From Promethearchaeia archaeon (GTDB lineage Archaea; Asgardarchaeota; Lokiarchaeia; Sigyniarchaeales; SOKP01): 64,000 nucleotides of DNA. The position numbers were made by a program, and so were the translations under genes. This document shows positions 31,518 through 41,759 of this stretch, piece by piece; position 1 is the stretch's first letter; each line of letters begins with the position of its first letter. The stretch lies in the NCBI GenBank assembly GCA_029856155.1, contig JAHQWL010000083.1, positions 38,514 to 102,513 of the forward strand. The letters run 5' to 3'. The notes beneath the pieces are model-generated. The model was not told where the DNA came from and searched no databases. It saw only the letters and a program-made list of their open reading frames with translations.

Positions 31518-33083
31518 ATGAGTTTCACTTCTAAAGGTCCAAAAGATCATCCAGAAAAAAACCTTAAACCGAACCTCGACGCCGCAAAATACGTTCCTGA
31601 AAGGGATTCTAACAGACCAAATGATAAACCAGTATTCAACCCCAATGCTAAACCACGAAACAAAATTGAACCATATACAATTCCACCAAATTACAAACCG
31701 AAAAATAAAATTGAAAGACATGCGCTCCCACCAAACTACAAACCAAAAAATGAAATCAAGCCATATGAGCTTCCACTAAATTATACACCTAAAAATAAGA
31801 TCCAAAGAGCAGATAATGCTCCTAAAATTACTTCTCCATCTATACATCAGAGGATATATTCAGAAAAAGATGTTAGATATTGGATACAACAATATAGGAA
31901 TTATAAAAATTTCAAGAAAGTCCAAAATCATTTAAGAGATAAAGACAAAAAAGTACCGTCAATTTCAACACTCAAAACGAGAATAAAGGAATTATTAGGT
32001 CAAGAGAAATACAGAGAACTTATGAAAAAATATACGTTCGATGATGCAAATAAAATTGTATCTCAAGCTGGTATAAGTAAAACTGGAGTACCTGTGAAAA
32101 TTTTATCACAACCAGAAGAATTTAAAGGTGTTAAATCGAAACTATTATGCCAATGCAGTAAATGCAACTATTCATGGAAAACTAGCTTAGATGCGATTAT
32201 AAATAACAAAAACTGGTGTCCGAAATGTGCGGCAAAAGGTCGAGTAGATAAACAAAGAGGTTCAGTAGAAGAGCATCAAAAAATTATTGAGAAAAAAAGT
32301 GGTAAATTAACAGGAGTTATATATGAAGATCCTAAAGAAAAACTTTTCAATCAAAGGACAAGATTCATTATTGAATGCGAAGCAAGTCATAAGTTTAATA
32401 TCAGAGCTAACAATCTGAAAAGAGGAAAATGGTGTAGGAAATGTAGTTATGAAGTAATTGGTGAAAAATTAAGAGGATCGTTCCAAGATATTAAAAATCT
32501 TATTGAAAAAAGGGGTGGTCAATGTCTTTCTAAACCAGAAGATTACAAAAATCAACATCATAAAGTAAGAATTCAATGTAATAAAGAACACATATTTGAA
32601 AGAAGACCCTACAACTTAAAAAGAGGTGATTGGTGCCCTGTCTGTTCTCAAGGAAGATTTGAGACAATATGTCGAAGCTTTTTCAAAGAAATGTTTCAAG
32701 ATAAATTTCCAAAGGAACGACCGAATTGGTTAGTAAACTCTCGGGGTAATCAGATGGAATTAGACGGGGATAATGAAAGTCTAGGCGTAGCATTTGAAGC
32801 TCAAGGAGAACAACATTATTGCGCAGTAACATACTTTAACCAGACCTTAGAGAACCTAGAACAAAGAATTGATGATGACTTAACGAAATTAGAATTCTGC
32901 AAACAAAATGATGTAATTTTAATTCAAATTCCCTATTATGTGCATCTCAGTAAGATTCAAAGTTATATAACTGATAAATATGAACACTTGGGAAATAAAA
33001 AAATGCCAGAAATTCCTAAAATAGATTATAATAAATTTTATGATAATCAAGATGATCAAATGAAGATGGATAATTATTTATAA
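31518..33083 (+). CDS. Repeat-containing, multi-zinc-ribbon PD-(D/E)XK-type endonuclease
   Basis: Three C..H/C...WCxxC zinc ribbons; C-terminal ELDG...AFEAQGEQHY...D..K..FC...LIQIPY nuclease motif. Confidence 0.75.
   Translation: MSFTSKGPKDHPEKNLKPNLDAAKYVPERDSNRPNDKPVFNPNAKPRNKIEPYTIPPNYKPKNKIERHALPPNYKPKNEIKPYELPLNYTPKNKIQRADNAPKITSPSIHQRIYSEKDVRYWIQQYRNYKNFKKVQNHLRDKDKKVPSISTLKTRIKELLGQEKYRELMKKYTFDDANKIVSQAGISKTGVPVKILSQPEEFKGVKSKLLCQCSKCNYSWKTSLDAIINNKNWCPKCAAKGRVDKQRGSVEEHQKIIEKKSGKLTGVIYEDPKEKLFNQRTRFIIECEASHKFNIRANNLKRGKWCRKCSYEVIGEKLRGSFQDIKNLIEKRGGQCLSKPEDYKNQHHKVRIQCNKEHIFERRPYNLKRGDWCPVCSQGRFETICRSFFKEMFQDKFPKERPNWLVNSRGNQMELDGDNESLGVAFEAQGEQHYCAVTYFNQTLENLEQRIDDDLTKLEFCKQNDVILIQIPYYVHLSKIQSYITDKYEHLGNKKMPEIPKIDYNKFYDNQDDQMKMDNYL
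31650..31805 (+). repeat. About 3.5 degenerate 45-bp (15-aa) tandem repeats
   Basis: KPRNKIEPYTIPPNY / KPKNKIERHALPPNY / KPKNEIKPYELPLNY / TPKNKIQ. Confidence 0.85.
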
Positions 33084-33172
33084 CTTGAACCTCCATTAAT
33101 CTTTTATCAGAAGGATTTATATTACTCTATAGAATTTAAAAAAATTTCAATTTATAGGAGATTTAGAAATTT

Positions 33173-33796
33173 ATGAGCCCCATAATTACGCATCAAGATG
33201 AACTCGAACTTGCAAATAGTGAGAGGGAGCTAGTCTCCCAATTTAAAAAACTGGCTAAAGCGCAGAGCGCACTTATTGGCAGTCAAAAAAAATATGCAGA
33301 AAATTTAACTAAAGCAAATAATGTTCGTGAGATGTTAAATCGTTCTTTCCGAGATGTATTGAAACAGATGCAAACTCTTGCTCGAGAACATAGATCGAAT
33401 ATTAAAGATGAAGAAGTAAACCTATATAAAGATATAATCCAAAAAAATGATGATTATATTAAGGCTAATAATAAATATTTAAATGCGATTAAAGATCTTG
33501 CTGTTCAAAAAGAATACTTAGTTCAGAAAAAGGAGGAATTTGTCGATGCATTAGCAGAAGTTGCTAATAGAAGATCCACTGTGATAAAAAAAGCATTAGA
33601 TGTTGAAAAAGCGAAAAATAAACTAATTGATGGTGATAAATTAAACATCCTCGACCAACAATTGAATGATGTTCAAAGAGACTTTGATAGAGCTCGAGAT
33701 ATATTACTTAAAAAAATAACTCAATTTACTGAAGTAAGAGATGAAATTAATGCGCTATGGATTAAATTAAAAGATGCTATTGTTGAATTAAGCTAG
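33173..33796 (+). CDS. All-helical coiled-coil protein, BAR-domain-like
   Basis: 207 aa of long amphipathic helices with a basic tip KKALDVEKAKNK..DKL..LDQQL. Confidence 0.55.
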   Translation: MSPIITHQDELELANSERELVSQFKKLAKAQSALIGSQKKYAENLTKANNVREMLNRSFRDVLKQMQTLAREHRSNIKDEEVNLYKDIIQKNDDYIKANNKYLNAIKDLAVQKEYLVQKKEEFVDALAEVANRRSTVIKKALDVEKAKNKLIDGDKLNILDQQLNDVQRDFDRARDILLKKITQFTEVRDEINALWIKLKDAIVELS

Positions 33797-33925
33797 ATTC
33801 AACTTTTCTTTCCTTTTTTATATTTTAGTCAGAAAAAAATAATAATGCTTAGACTTAAATTTATTAAATAAAAATCTATTAACTTATTAGAAAAAATAAA
33901 AAATTACTAGACTTAAAGAGTTAAA

Positions 33926-34369
33926 ATGTGTGCTGAAGAATTTGCGAGCTTCTTAGACAGTACTCGAAAAGCGCCATTGGAGGAAAAGTTAAATGCATTT
34001 GGGGATATTATTGAAAAAATAATGTCAATTGTTCTACGCATCCCTGATTTGGTTGATCAATCGCTTGGTTCTGTTAATGATAAAGTATTGAATTTACAAA
34101 ACCAGATTAATTCTTTAAATAGTCAAATTACATCACTTCAGCCAGGATCTGGGGCAATTTCTGGAGCAATAGCTCCTACAATATCCGCTCCAGCCGCATC
34201 ACGACCACTTGGAGGTCCCCCTCCCCCTCCCCCTCCATCCGGAGGCCCCCCCGGAGGCCCTGGGTCTGCTCCTGGACCAAGTCGTCCTGCCAGTCCGGTC
34301 TCTCTGAGAGGGGCGATTATGGGCGAGCTTAAACAATTATTTGCTAAACGTAAAGGCCAATCGGGTTAA
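33926..34369 (+). CDS. Coiled-coil, polyproline, C-terminal amphipathic/basic helix protein (actin-regulator-like)
   Basis: GGPPPPPPPSGGPPGGP followed by SLRGAIMGELKQLFAKRK. Confidence 0.7.
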   Translation: MCAEEFASFLDSTRKAPLEEKLNAFGDIIEKIMSIVLRIPDLVDQSLGSVNDKVLNLQNQINSLNSQITSLQPGSGAISGAIAPTISAPAASRPLGGPPPPPPPSGGPPGGPGSAPGPSRPASPVSLRGAIMGELKQLFAKRKGQSG

Positions 34370-34584
34370 ACAGATTTATCAACTTTTAACTTTTATCAAT
34401 TTGTTTCTATTAATTAAAGAGGAACTTAAATTAGAAAATCAAATTGTCGAAGAATAAATACTTTCAATAAATTATATCTGAAAATTTAAATTCCTCTAGT
34501 ATTGAACAAAATTTCAATTAAAATTAAAAATTTTAAATACATAACTTACTAAATACCAATTTCATTTATTATTGGTTAAGTCAA

Positions 34585-36327
34585 TTGGATCCCTTAAAAG
34601 AAATATCCGCAACAATTATTATGGTTAGGGTAGCTCATGATCTGCAAAGACAAATCCTTGAAATGACTTCCTTATTGAGAGTCATAAATAATTATTATAA
34701 AAAGAAAGAAGTTCTCCAAATTCAAATAGAACCACTAATCTTAGAAAAAATCGAAGAAGAATTAAAATCACTTAAAAATACTAAAGATAACGTCCAAAGT
34801 ATTCCAACTGTTTTTAACACTCAAAATAACAAATTTTTGAATGAAAACAATTTATTTAAATTTCCAGGTAGCATTTTACTATTCGAAGCGTGGATGCATT
34901 TAGGTACTCATGCACTTTTTCCTCGTATTGTACTTCATCTTCAGTTTCCTGGATTTTTAGAAAAGGAAAAGACCAGGAATATCTTTCAATTTATTTTTTC
35001 AACCTCACGAGGTTTTGGGTTTCCTATTTACTTTGGTCCAGAATTCTATCATTATAGGTTTAAACTTGCAAAATTATTTGATCCGTTGTTAAAATGGACA
35101 TATACAGTGTCCCACAGAGCAAATCAAGCTATTGTTTTGGGAAATAAACGCTTAAAATCTAAAAGGCATCATCCAGGAGAATTTGAATCTGTCATTATAT
35201 CAGAATATAATGATAATGTGTATAAAGGAATCGATACCATTTTACATGGATATTTTAAAAATGAAGCAAAAACTTTAGGTAATTTTTTTTCATTAGAAGA
35301 AGTTCTTCAAAATTGTACTTTTTATTATTCAATTGGTGATCATGCCATGAGAATTGAAAAAAATAGTATGAATATGATCTTGACCCTCCCCTTAATAACC
35401 TCTCATGATATCGTTAAAAATTATGATATTGATTTCTATTCTTACGTTAAAGAGCTACTGAATGTAAATAAACTATTAATCCGAAAAATTAATTTCTACA
35501 GAGAAAAAAGAAATAATCTCATAAGCAAATTAAATAAAATCGACAAATTAAAATTTAGATTTGAAAGATCTAAGCACTCTGCGAAAGAATTTGCGAGGAT
35601 GTCCCAAAAACTCTCAAAGAAATATCCAATAATCGATAAATATGATCATTACAGGACATTATTGGGAAAACTTAGAGAACTATTATTTACAACCCCAATT
35701 TATATGCATTCAACCTATAATCCTAAGGAAGGAGGAAGATTTTTACAAATATTAAATATAGAAAGAGAAAGTATCGATAATTATGAACAAGAGTCGGTGA
35801 ATTCATTTTTATTATCATTTATTAATTATTATGAACAGAAACATAATTTTAATTTTGAAGAAGAAGAAGTTGTGCATAAATTAGAGAAATTAAGAGATAA
35901 AATGGCAAAAATGTGGTTATTCTTTAAAGAAAGACAGTATAAATTTGCATTGGAAAAATTAAAAGAAATAGCAATACTATCCTTAGATGACAAGAATTAT
36001 GAGAAAACAATCAATTTATTTTTAGATACCCTTCTTCCAATTATAGCTTTATATGAATTTTTTAATAAACCACTATTTGAATCAGTCTATCCTGAGTCTG
36101 TTCCTCAGACTAAAAGACCTGGAGCCTATATTGCCCGATTTTTAGCTTCAAAATATAATCCTATAGGCACAAAATTAATGAAACTATTTAACAGATTAGC
36201 TTTTCAAAATTGGAGTTATCTCATATTAAAAAAAGGAATGAATCATAATGAATTTTTCAATTATATATTAAAATTACCAATATGGAATCATATACCTGAA
36301 AAATTGAAAAAAAGAATATTGGAATGA
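34585..36327 (+). CDS. Hypothetical protein
   Basis: 580-aa ORF; no motif recognised. Confidence 0.7.
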   Translation: MDPLKEISATIIMVRVAHDLQRQILEMTSLLRVINNYYKKKEVLQIQIEPLILEKIEEELKSLKNTKDNVQSIPTVFNTQNNKFLNENNLFKFPGSILLFEAWMHLGTHALFPRIVLHLQFPGFLEKEKTRNIFQFIFSTSRGFGFPIYFGPEFYHYRFKLAKLFDPLLKWTYTVSHRANQAIVLGNKRLKSKRHHPGEFESVIISEYNDNVYKGIDTILHGYFKNEAKTLGNFFSLEEVLQNCTFYYSIGDHAMRIEKNSMNMILTLPLITSHDIVKNYDIDFYSYVKELLNVNKLLIRKINFYREKRNNLISKLNKIDKLKFRFERSKHSAKEFARMSQKLSKKYPIIDKYDHYRTLLGKLRELLFTTPIYMHSTYNPKEGGRFLQILNIERESIDNYEQESVNSFLLSFINYYEQKHNFNFEEEEVVHKLEKLRDKMAKMWLFFKERQYKFALEKLKEIAILSLDDKNYEKTINLFLDTLLPIIALYEFFNKPLFESVYPESVPQTKRPGAYIARFLASKYNPIGTKLMKLFNRLAFQNWSYLILKKGMNHNEFFNYILKLPIWNHIPEKLKKRILE

Positions 36328-36352
36328 AATCGTTATAATTATTATTAGAATT

Positions 36353-36962
36353 TTAAAACTCTAAAAACCCCGGATCATCAAAAATATCTTCAATTTTTCT
36401 TTCTTTCTTTATCTTGGAATCTCTTTCCGCGAATAATGACTCCTCCTCAGTCCGAACCCCTCGATCTAATTCTTCAGTATCAAGTTTCAATAATGCATCT
36501 TTTTCAAGTCGTTTAAATTCTTCAGCTTTCGTTTTCCAGTCATTTATTTCATCCAAATTAACATCTTCTTCATCTAGTAATATCGCGGCTTTTACTTTGC
36601 AAAGATCTGACAAAATAGAGTAGGCTAATGCTAATTCTCCCCATTCTTGGTCTACTTTCAATCGCTGTATTCTTCTTTCTAATCTTTGTAGTTCTTGATC
36701 GGCATAATAGATATCAATAAAATCTCCAAAAGCATCAACGGGTTCAGAAATCGAATTAACTAATACTTCTTTTGTTAACTCACAATTTCCACATTTCACA
36801 GTTGCAAAAGCACCCTTCTTTTTAATATCAGTTACTTTGACGCTTTTTTCACCGCATTCGAGGAAAGATCGGAATCCGATCTACTCATTCTGGGCAGGTG
36901 AAAATTTTCGGTACTCTTTTAACCCTTTTTGGTGATACTTGTTTACGTTTTCTTCTTCCCAT
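36353..36962 (-). CDS. elf1: Transcription elongation factor Elf1 with C-terminal extension; two exons (36888-36962, 36353-36856), 192 aa spliced
   Basis: Exon 1 MGRRKRKQVSPKRVKRVPKIFTCPE; exon 2 CGEKSV...VKCGNC...SEPVDAFGDFID; together they give the Elf1 signature. Confidence 0.9.
36857..36887 (-). other. Putative 31-nt BHB intron in elf1
   Basis: Insert TGAGTAGATCGGATTCCGATCTTTCCTCGAA; removal restores CPECG; folds as a BHB. Confidence 0.85.
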
Positions 36963-37155
36963 AAATATCACTACGTAAATATGTTATAATTCTATCTAAC
37001 ATCAATTAGATTAAAGAAAAGGAAAGCTAAAATATTTTTGCTTTTATGTGAAAATGTCTAAAGGAATTTAGTAAAATTTTTTAGGAATGTTTAATTATTC
37101 CAATTACTCTTTTTGACTGAAAAGTTTTAGTAATTTTAATAATATTGAGTGGATT

Positions 37156-38262
37156 TTGGGTATGGAGCATACTAATTTAACATTGGAAGATGATAAAAAC
37201 CTTATTGACAACATTCTTGATAATGTAGATATGAGATACATAATTCTTTTCCTATATATTATTAGGAATGATTTATTTAAAGATTTAACCGACAATAATC
37301 TCATAGAATCCTTTGAGAGAGTATTAGTTTTAGATGATATTTATAAGAGCAACGTCGTGAATTTTTGGGATGAGGAATTTATTGAAATTTATATAGATTT
37401 AGGCCTAATTAAAAATATTCGAAGTTTGAGAGAGTTTAAACAAAAAGATGATGATTTTATTATTAAGTTAGGTGAGGAAACAATAACTATTGAAAATGAC
37501 ACAATCTCGGTTCCTGAGGACACTCTTTTTTTAATAGTAAATAAAAAATTCAAATTTTTAACCAGAAGGAATTTTAACTTGGCTCTTACGAGGTTAAAAG
37601 GAGTTCGGTGTGAGAAAAGTAATCTTATTCATTCATTAATTAAAGGGATTGATGAACATGATTATACATTATCAGATGATTTTTATTATATTTTGGATCA
37701 ATATGGGAACATATATCAAGCAATTAAAATTGAACTTACCATTGAAGGATTTTATCAAAGGTTTAAAGAAATTAAAGAAAAAATTACTGGATATATTAAA
37801 ATTGTTGAACCTGTATTAAATTTGAAGCTAGTTATAAAAAAAATTAATAACGCTATAGAAGAAAATAAAGATGTTATACAATATCTTAAAGATGAAAAAG
37901 TAGAACTCTCAGAAAAATTCAATTTTGAAAAAATTGATAAAAGTAATGACATATTTACACAATGGAATTCACAACTGTCGTCAATGTTAAAGTGCAGATT
38001 CCAAATTGAACAAATTAATAATAAACTAATAGATTTAAAAAAATATTATTCTGGTAAAAACAAAAACTATAGTTATTTAGAATTTATCGAAAAAGTCTCT
38101 TTTAATGAAGATGGATTAGTAAACCGTATTCAAAATTCCTTGATTGACTTGCGAAAAGAGTTAGTAAAAATTAATGAGCAAATTTCTAAAATAACAGAAA
38201 AAGAACTAAAATTATTAAATTTAGATTATGAAAGATTAGTATTAATGAGTAGTGATGAGTAA
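37156..38262 (+). CDS. Hypothetical wHTH plus helical-bundle protein (operon gene 1)
   Basis: wHTH-like segment LTRRNFNLALTRL...YTLSDDF, then a coiled coil. Confidence 0.65.
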   Translation: MGMEHTNLTLEDDKNLIDNILDNVDMRYIILFLYIIRNDLFKDLTDNNLIESFERVLVLDDIYKSNVVNFWDEEFIEIYIDLGLIKNIRSLREFKQKDDDFIIKLGEETITIENDTISVPEDTLFLIVNKKFKFLTRRNFNLALTRLKGVRCEKSNLIHSLIKGIDEHDYTLSDDFYYILDQYGNIYQAIKIELTIEGFYQRFKEIKEKITGYIKIVEPVLNLKLVIKKINNAIEENKDVIQYLKDEKVELSEKFNFEKIDKSNDIFTQWNSQLSSMLKCRFQIEQINNKLIDLKKYYSGKNKNYSYLEFIEKVSFNEDGLVNRIQNSLIDLRKELVKINEQISKITEKELKLLNLDYERLVLMSSDE

Positions 38263-38264
38263 AT

Positions 38265-39233
38265 TTGAACTGTCCTGCATGTGATATCAAGATGGAACCC
38301 TTAGTGGAGGGAATTTTTCAATGTCCTCGATGCAAAAAAATTGTTAAGCAAAGTGACAATAAAACAGAAGCAAAGGAAAAAATTAAAATTGAAGAAGGAA
38401 TGTTTCAAGAGGGTATGTATTTTCATAAAAACGCAAGTTTGAACAAACAATACGAAATCTGTGAAAAAGGTATCACGATCAATAAAACCGAAAATCGGTT
38501 ATTCGCAGCATTAATTTGTCATAGCGCTTATCTAAAAGATGAAAAATATGTGAGATTATCTTGGTGGAAAAATTATCAACATGCAGGTATGTTCAAAATT
38601 TATGATAAATATGTTTTAAATAACACTATTAGTGCTTTGGAAAAAGTTGATGACTCTTTTAATGATATATGGAATTGGAGTGGAAAATATGGCAAACAAA
38701 AATCTAAAACAAAAGAAGACTTAGAAAGAGAGAAGAATTTAGAGATTATTAAATATAGGATTATTGAAAATCGAACTTGTCCCAGATGTCATAAAAAGAT
38801 GGATAAAATGAAATCCCATTATGAGTGTCAACACTGTGGAGAAATTGTTATATTGGAAGGATATAACCAACCAATTTTTAATATTTCATCAGAAGACCTC
38901 GATTTAAGGTTTCATGCTAATTTTCCAATAAATTATTATTTACCGGTTAGTGGAATAACTCTTAAATGGTTGATGGGGGAGTGGAAAGCATTAGCAGTAA
39001 TATATTCTAAGGATAATCCCAATAAAAAATGGTTAAGGTTCTATTGGTGGGTGCGTGATTTGAGTAATATTTTAAAATATGGACAGAGGGAAATGGGAAA
39101 TGGCACTCAGATGGGCTGGAAAGCTCAGAGAGGCATGTCTTCTCCGAATCTCTATGATAAAAAGCTTGTTAGACCACTAATTAATGCCTTAAAAAATATC
39201 TCAAATGAATTACATTGGAATATAGATGAATAG
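38265..39233 (+). CDS. Protein with a duplicated zinc-ribbon plus Trp-rich beta module
   Basis: CPAC/CPRC and CPRC/CQHC ribbons; repeated GIT...RxxWW...YDK...AL. Confidence 0.7.
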   Translation: MNCPACDIKMEPLVEGIFQCPRCKKIVKQSDNKTEAKEKIKIEEGMFQEGMYFHKNASLNKQYEICEKGITINKTENRLFAALICHSAYLKDEKYVRLSWWKNYQHAGMFKIYDKYVLNNTISALEKVDDSFNDIWNWSGKYGKQKSKTKEDLEREKNLEIIKYRIIENRTCPRCHKKMDKMKSHYECQHCGEIVILEGYNQPIFNISSEDLDLRFHANFPINYYLPVSGITLKWLMGEWKALAVIYSKDNPNKKWLRFYWWVRDLSNILKYGQREMGNGTQMGWKAQRGMSSPNLYDKKLVRPLINALKNISNELHWNIDE

Positions 39234-39259
39234 AATTTCCTAAAAAATAAGAGAAAATT

Positions 39260-40399
39260 ATGACAGAAGCTCAAGATACGACATGGAAAGGATTATTAAA
39301 TGAGTTTCAAAATGGAATCGAAAAAGCATTAGAAGAATTGCAAAAAAGAGACATAGAAAATATTCCAGGTGCTAAGGAGGCTCTTATTCAAAGATTAAAC
39401 AATATGAAGCTTCATTTTCCAAAAAATAATGGAGATCTTTTTTTAAAATCGATTAATGATAAAATTCAAAACGCTTTTTTTCCTAACACCAATAATTTTT
39501 CCGAAGCTTTTGAAAAGATTTTAAAATCGAGAACTCATGAACAAGATTTTATCATTAATGAATTATTAAATGGATTTATAACATCTAAAGCAAAAGCTAT
39601 AGCATCTGAAACTCAAGGACCGATAATAGATAGAATGGTTGAGGCGTTTAGCAAGAGAAATGACTTTTATATCGTTGATCATCAATTTTTTGCTATGTTT
39701 GGGGATCCAAATAAACCACGTCATTATGTGAAAAAACAACTGGAAGAACTTGTAAATATGTTTGGACTTGTATCCAAAGAACTAGTAATTGAAAAGGATG
39801 TAAGAAGGAGTGAAGAAAAAGTTTACGTGTTCTATACATTTCCAAGTGAAATTATTGAAATTCTTGAAGAGAAATATTTGATCATTGATGAAGAATTAGG
39901 ATATGCTTATGTCTCAAATAATTTTGATAGAAATGTTTTCATTTGTATGTTTTTAGCAAATGTAGCAATTAATAGAGATGATATTGATAAAATTGGCGGA
40001 TCATATACAATTAATGGAATCTCTGCAATATTTGCTCTAATATTACTGCTTAGTTTTATGCCTAAATTAAGTGTTGACGAAACGAATCCAGTATTAAATG
40101 ATCCAAATTTTGACGAAAAAAATATGAGTGTTATTCCAAAATCTTGGATGATGAAACATGTGTTAGAATCTTTATTCGAACCACTCATTAAAATCATAGC
40201 ATATAGGATAGGAGGAGGATTGTGGTTGTCTAAAATAATAGATTCAGAAATTAATAAAAAGATCCATAATCAAATAAGATTTCTGCTTAAAGATGTAAAT
40301 AAGTGGATACTGGGAAATTTATGCCGAGTTGAAATACCCATTTTCATTGAGATCTCTAATATATTTACCGAAATTATGGTAGGTTACAAGGAGGAATAG
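39260..40399 (+). CDS. Hypothetical protein
   Basis: 379-aa ORF within the operon. Confidence 0.7.
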   Translation: MTEAQDTTWKGLLNEFQNGIEKALEELQKRDIENIPGAKEALIQRLNNMKLHFPKNNGDLFLKSINDKIQNAFFPNTNNFSEAFEKILKSRTHEQDFIINELLNGFITSKAKAIASETQGPIIDRMVEAFSKRNDFYIVDHQFFAMFGDPNKPRHYVKKQLEELVNMFGLVSKELVIEKDVRRSEEKVYVFYTFPSEIIEILEEKYLIIDEELGYAYVSNNFDRNVFICMFLANVAINRDDIDKIGGSYTINGISAIFALILLLSFMPKLSVDETNPVLNDPNFDEKNMSVIPKSWMMKHVLESLFEPLIKIIAYRIGGGLWLSKIIDSEINKKIHNQIRFLLKDVNKWILGNLCRVEIPIFIEISNIFTEIMVGYKEE

Positions 40400-40425
40400 T
40401 ATAACTAAAAGCTGGAGATATTATT

Positions 40426-41733
40426 ATGAGTTATAAAAAAAAATCTACAAGAAATGTAAAACCCGGGAGAAAAAGAGAGAAATGGACAGACATCTTACCA
40501 AGATATTTAACATTTATCAGTCATATGCGTCCAATTCTTAGAGAAACAAGAAGACTTATTATCGATTTAGATGCAGATTTATTGTTAGATACAGAAATCT
40601 TAGATAAGATACGTCAAGAAGAAGAAAAGCGGAATATTCGTAAAGTGAGGGCACTTTCAGAATTTTCCGCTATGTATCGATCAAATGTCTATGATATTAT
40701 TAAAGATTTTATTATTAAATATCGAGAAAAAATCCCTATAATTGATATTAAGGATTATATTTTAGATTTTCTACATGAATCCGTTAATGCTTTAAATATA
40801 TTACGTCATATTACGAATCCTGATGAACTTAATTTAGAGAATACTTACTTATATCAATTAGTGAAATTTATCGAAAGTAAATTATTTCCAAGAGGAGCAA
40901 CTCTTAAGATCATATATAATAAATTACTCCAACAATCTGTTGACATTTATGAATGTCAACGTCATTTATTACAATCTCATACCTATTATAGAGAAAAATT
41001 GGAGAGTCTAGAATATTTTGAAGTGCCTAGTATATCTCCAAAGGTTTATCAAATTATAAACAATATAACATCACTTTATAACTTAGATCCTAACTTTGGA
41101 GAATATCCTGAGAAAGAGAACCATGAAATTCCAATGATCTTAAAAAATGATATCTTTCTGCCATATGTCGATTCGATTGCGAATCCTGAAGAAGAAGCTA
41201 TAGAAAAAATTGCTGAACGCCTAGGTTTACGCTTAGTTGATGGAATATTTTTAGCTCCACAAGAAGATTTTGTAGATCTATTGTTAGAAAATAATTTTTT
41301 ACGAGAGAATAAACAATCTGATGGAACAATAAGATATTATCCACAATTTAGTAATGAAACACTAGTATTATATTATTTGGCTTTTGCATCTCAAAGAAGA
41401 GGATTTTTATCAAAGGAATTAATTAATTGGATTTCAATGAATTTTTCTTTCTTGATATATATGGGTATTTTAAAATGGAAACTATCTGATGAAAATATAT
41501 TCTATGCAATCTTTAAGGATTTACAAACAAATGAAAAAGTTCTTCCATATTTAATGAAACTTATATGTTTTCCGAATTATCTAGGATTAGATAAGATGAA
41601 AATTAGAGATTCAGTTCAATATCGAAAAGAAATCTTTAATTTCATTGGATCGCAGATCGATAATCTTAAAGATTTTATCTATGAAATATCATTGTATTGT
41701 GAAAAACTTGAAAATAATAATATAAAAAAATAA
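40426..41733 (+). CDS. Hypothetical helical protein
   Basis: 435-aa ORF with GGAG upstream, within the operon. Confidence 0.7.
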   Translation: MSYKKKSTRNVKPGRKREKWTDILPRYLTFISHMRPILRETRRLIIDLDADLLLDTEILDKIRQEEEKRNIRKVRALSEFSAMYRSNVYDIIKDFIIKYREKIPIIDIKDYILDFLHESVNALNILRHITNPDELNLENTYLYQLVKFIESKLFPRGATLKIIYNKLLQQSVDIYECQRHLLQSHTYYREKLESLEYFEVPSISPKVYQIINNITSLYNLDPNFGEYPEKENHEIPMILKNDIFLPYVDSIANPEEEAIEKIAERLGLRLVDGIFLAPQEDFVDLLLENNFLRENKQSDGTIRYYPQFSNETLVLYYLAFASQRRGFLSKELINWISMNFSFLIYMGILKWKLSDENIFYAIFKDLQTNEKVLPYLMKLICFPNYLGLDKMKIRDSVQYRKEIFNFIGSQIDNLKDFIYEISLYCEKLENNNIKK

Positions 41734-41759
41734 AATTAATATTAAAGAATTGAGGAAAA

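Noticed and set aside
36885-36887. UGA at a Cys position of Elf1 followed by a hairpin, read as selenocysteine
   Set aside because: Readthrough gives VDRIPIFPRMR then a stop, out of frame with the rest of Elf1. Only removal of 31 nt restores the protein.
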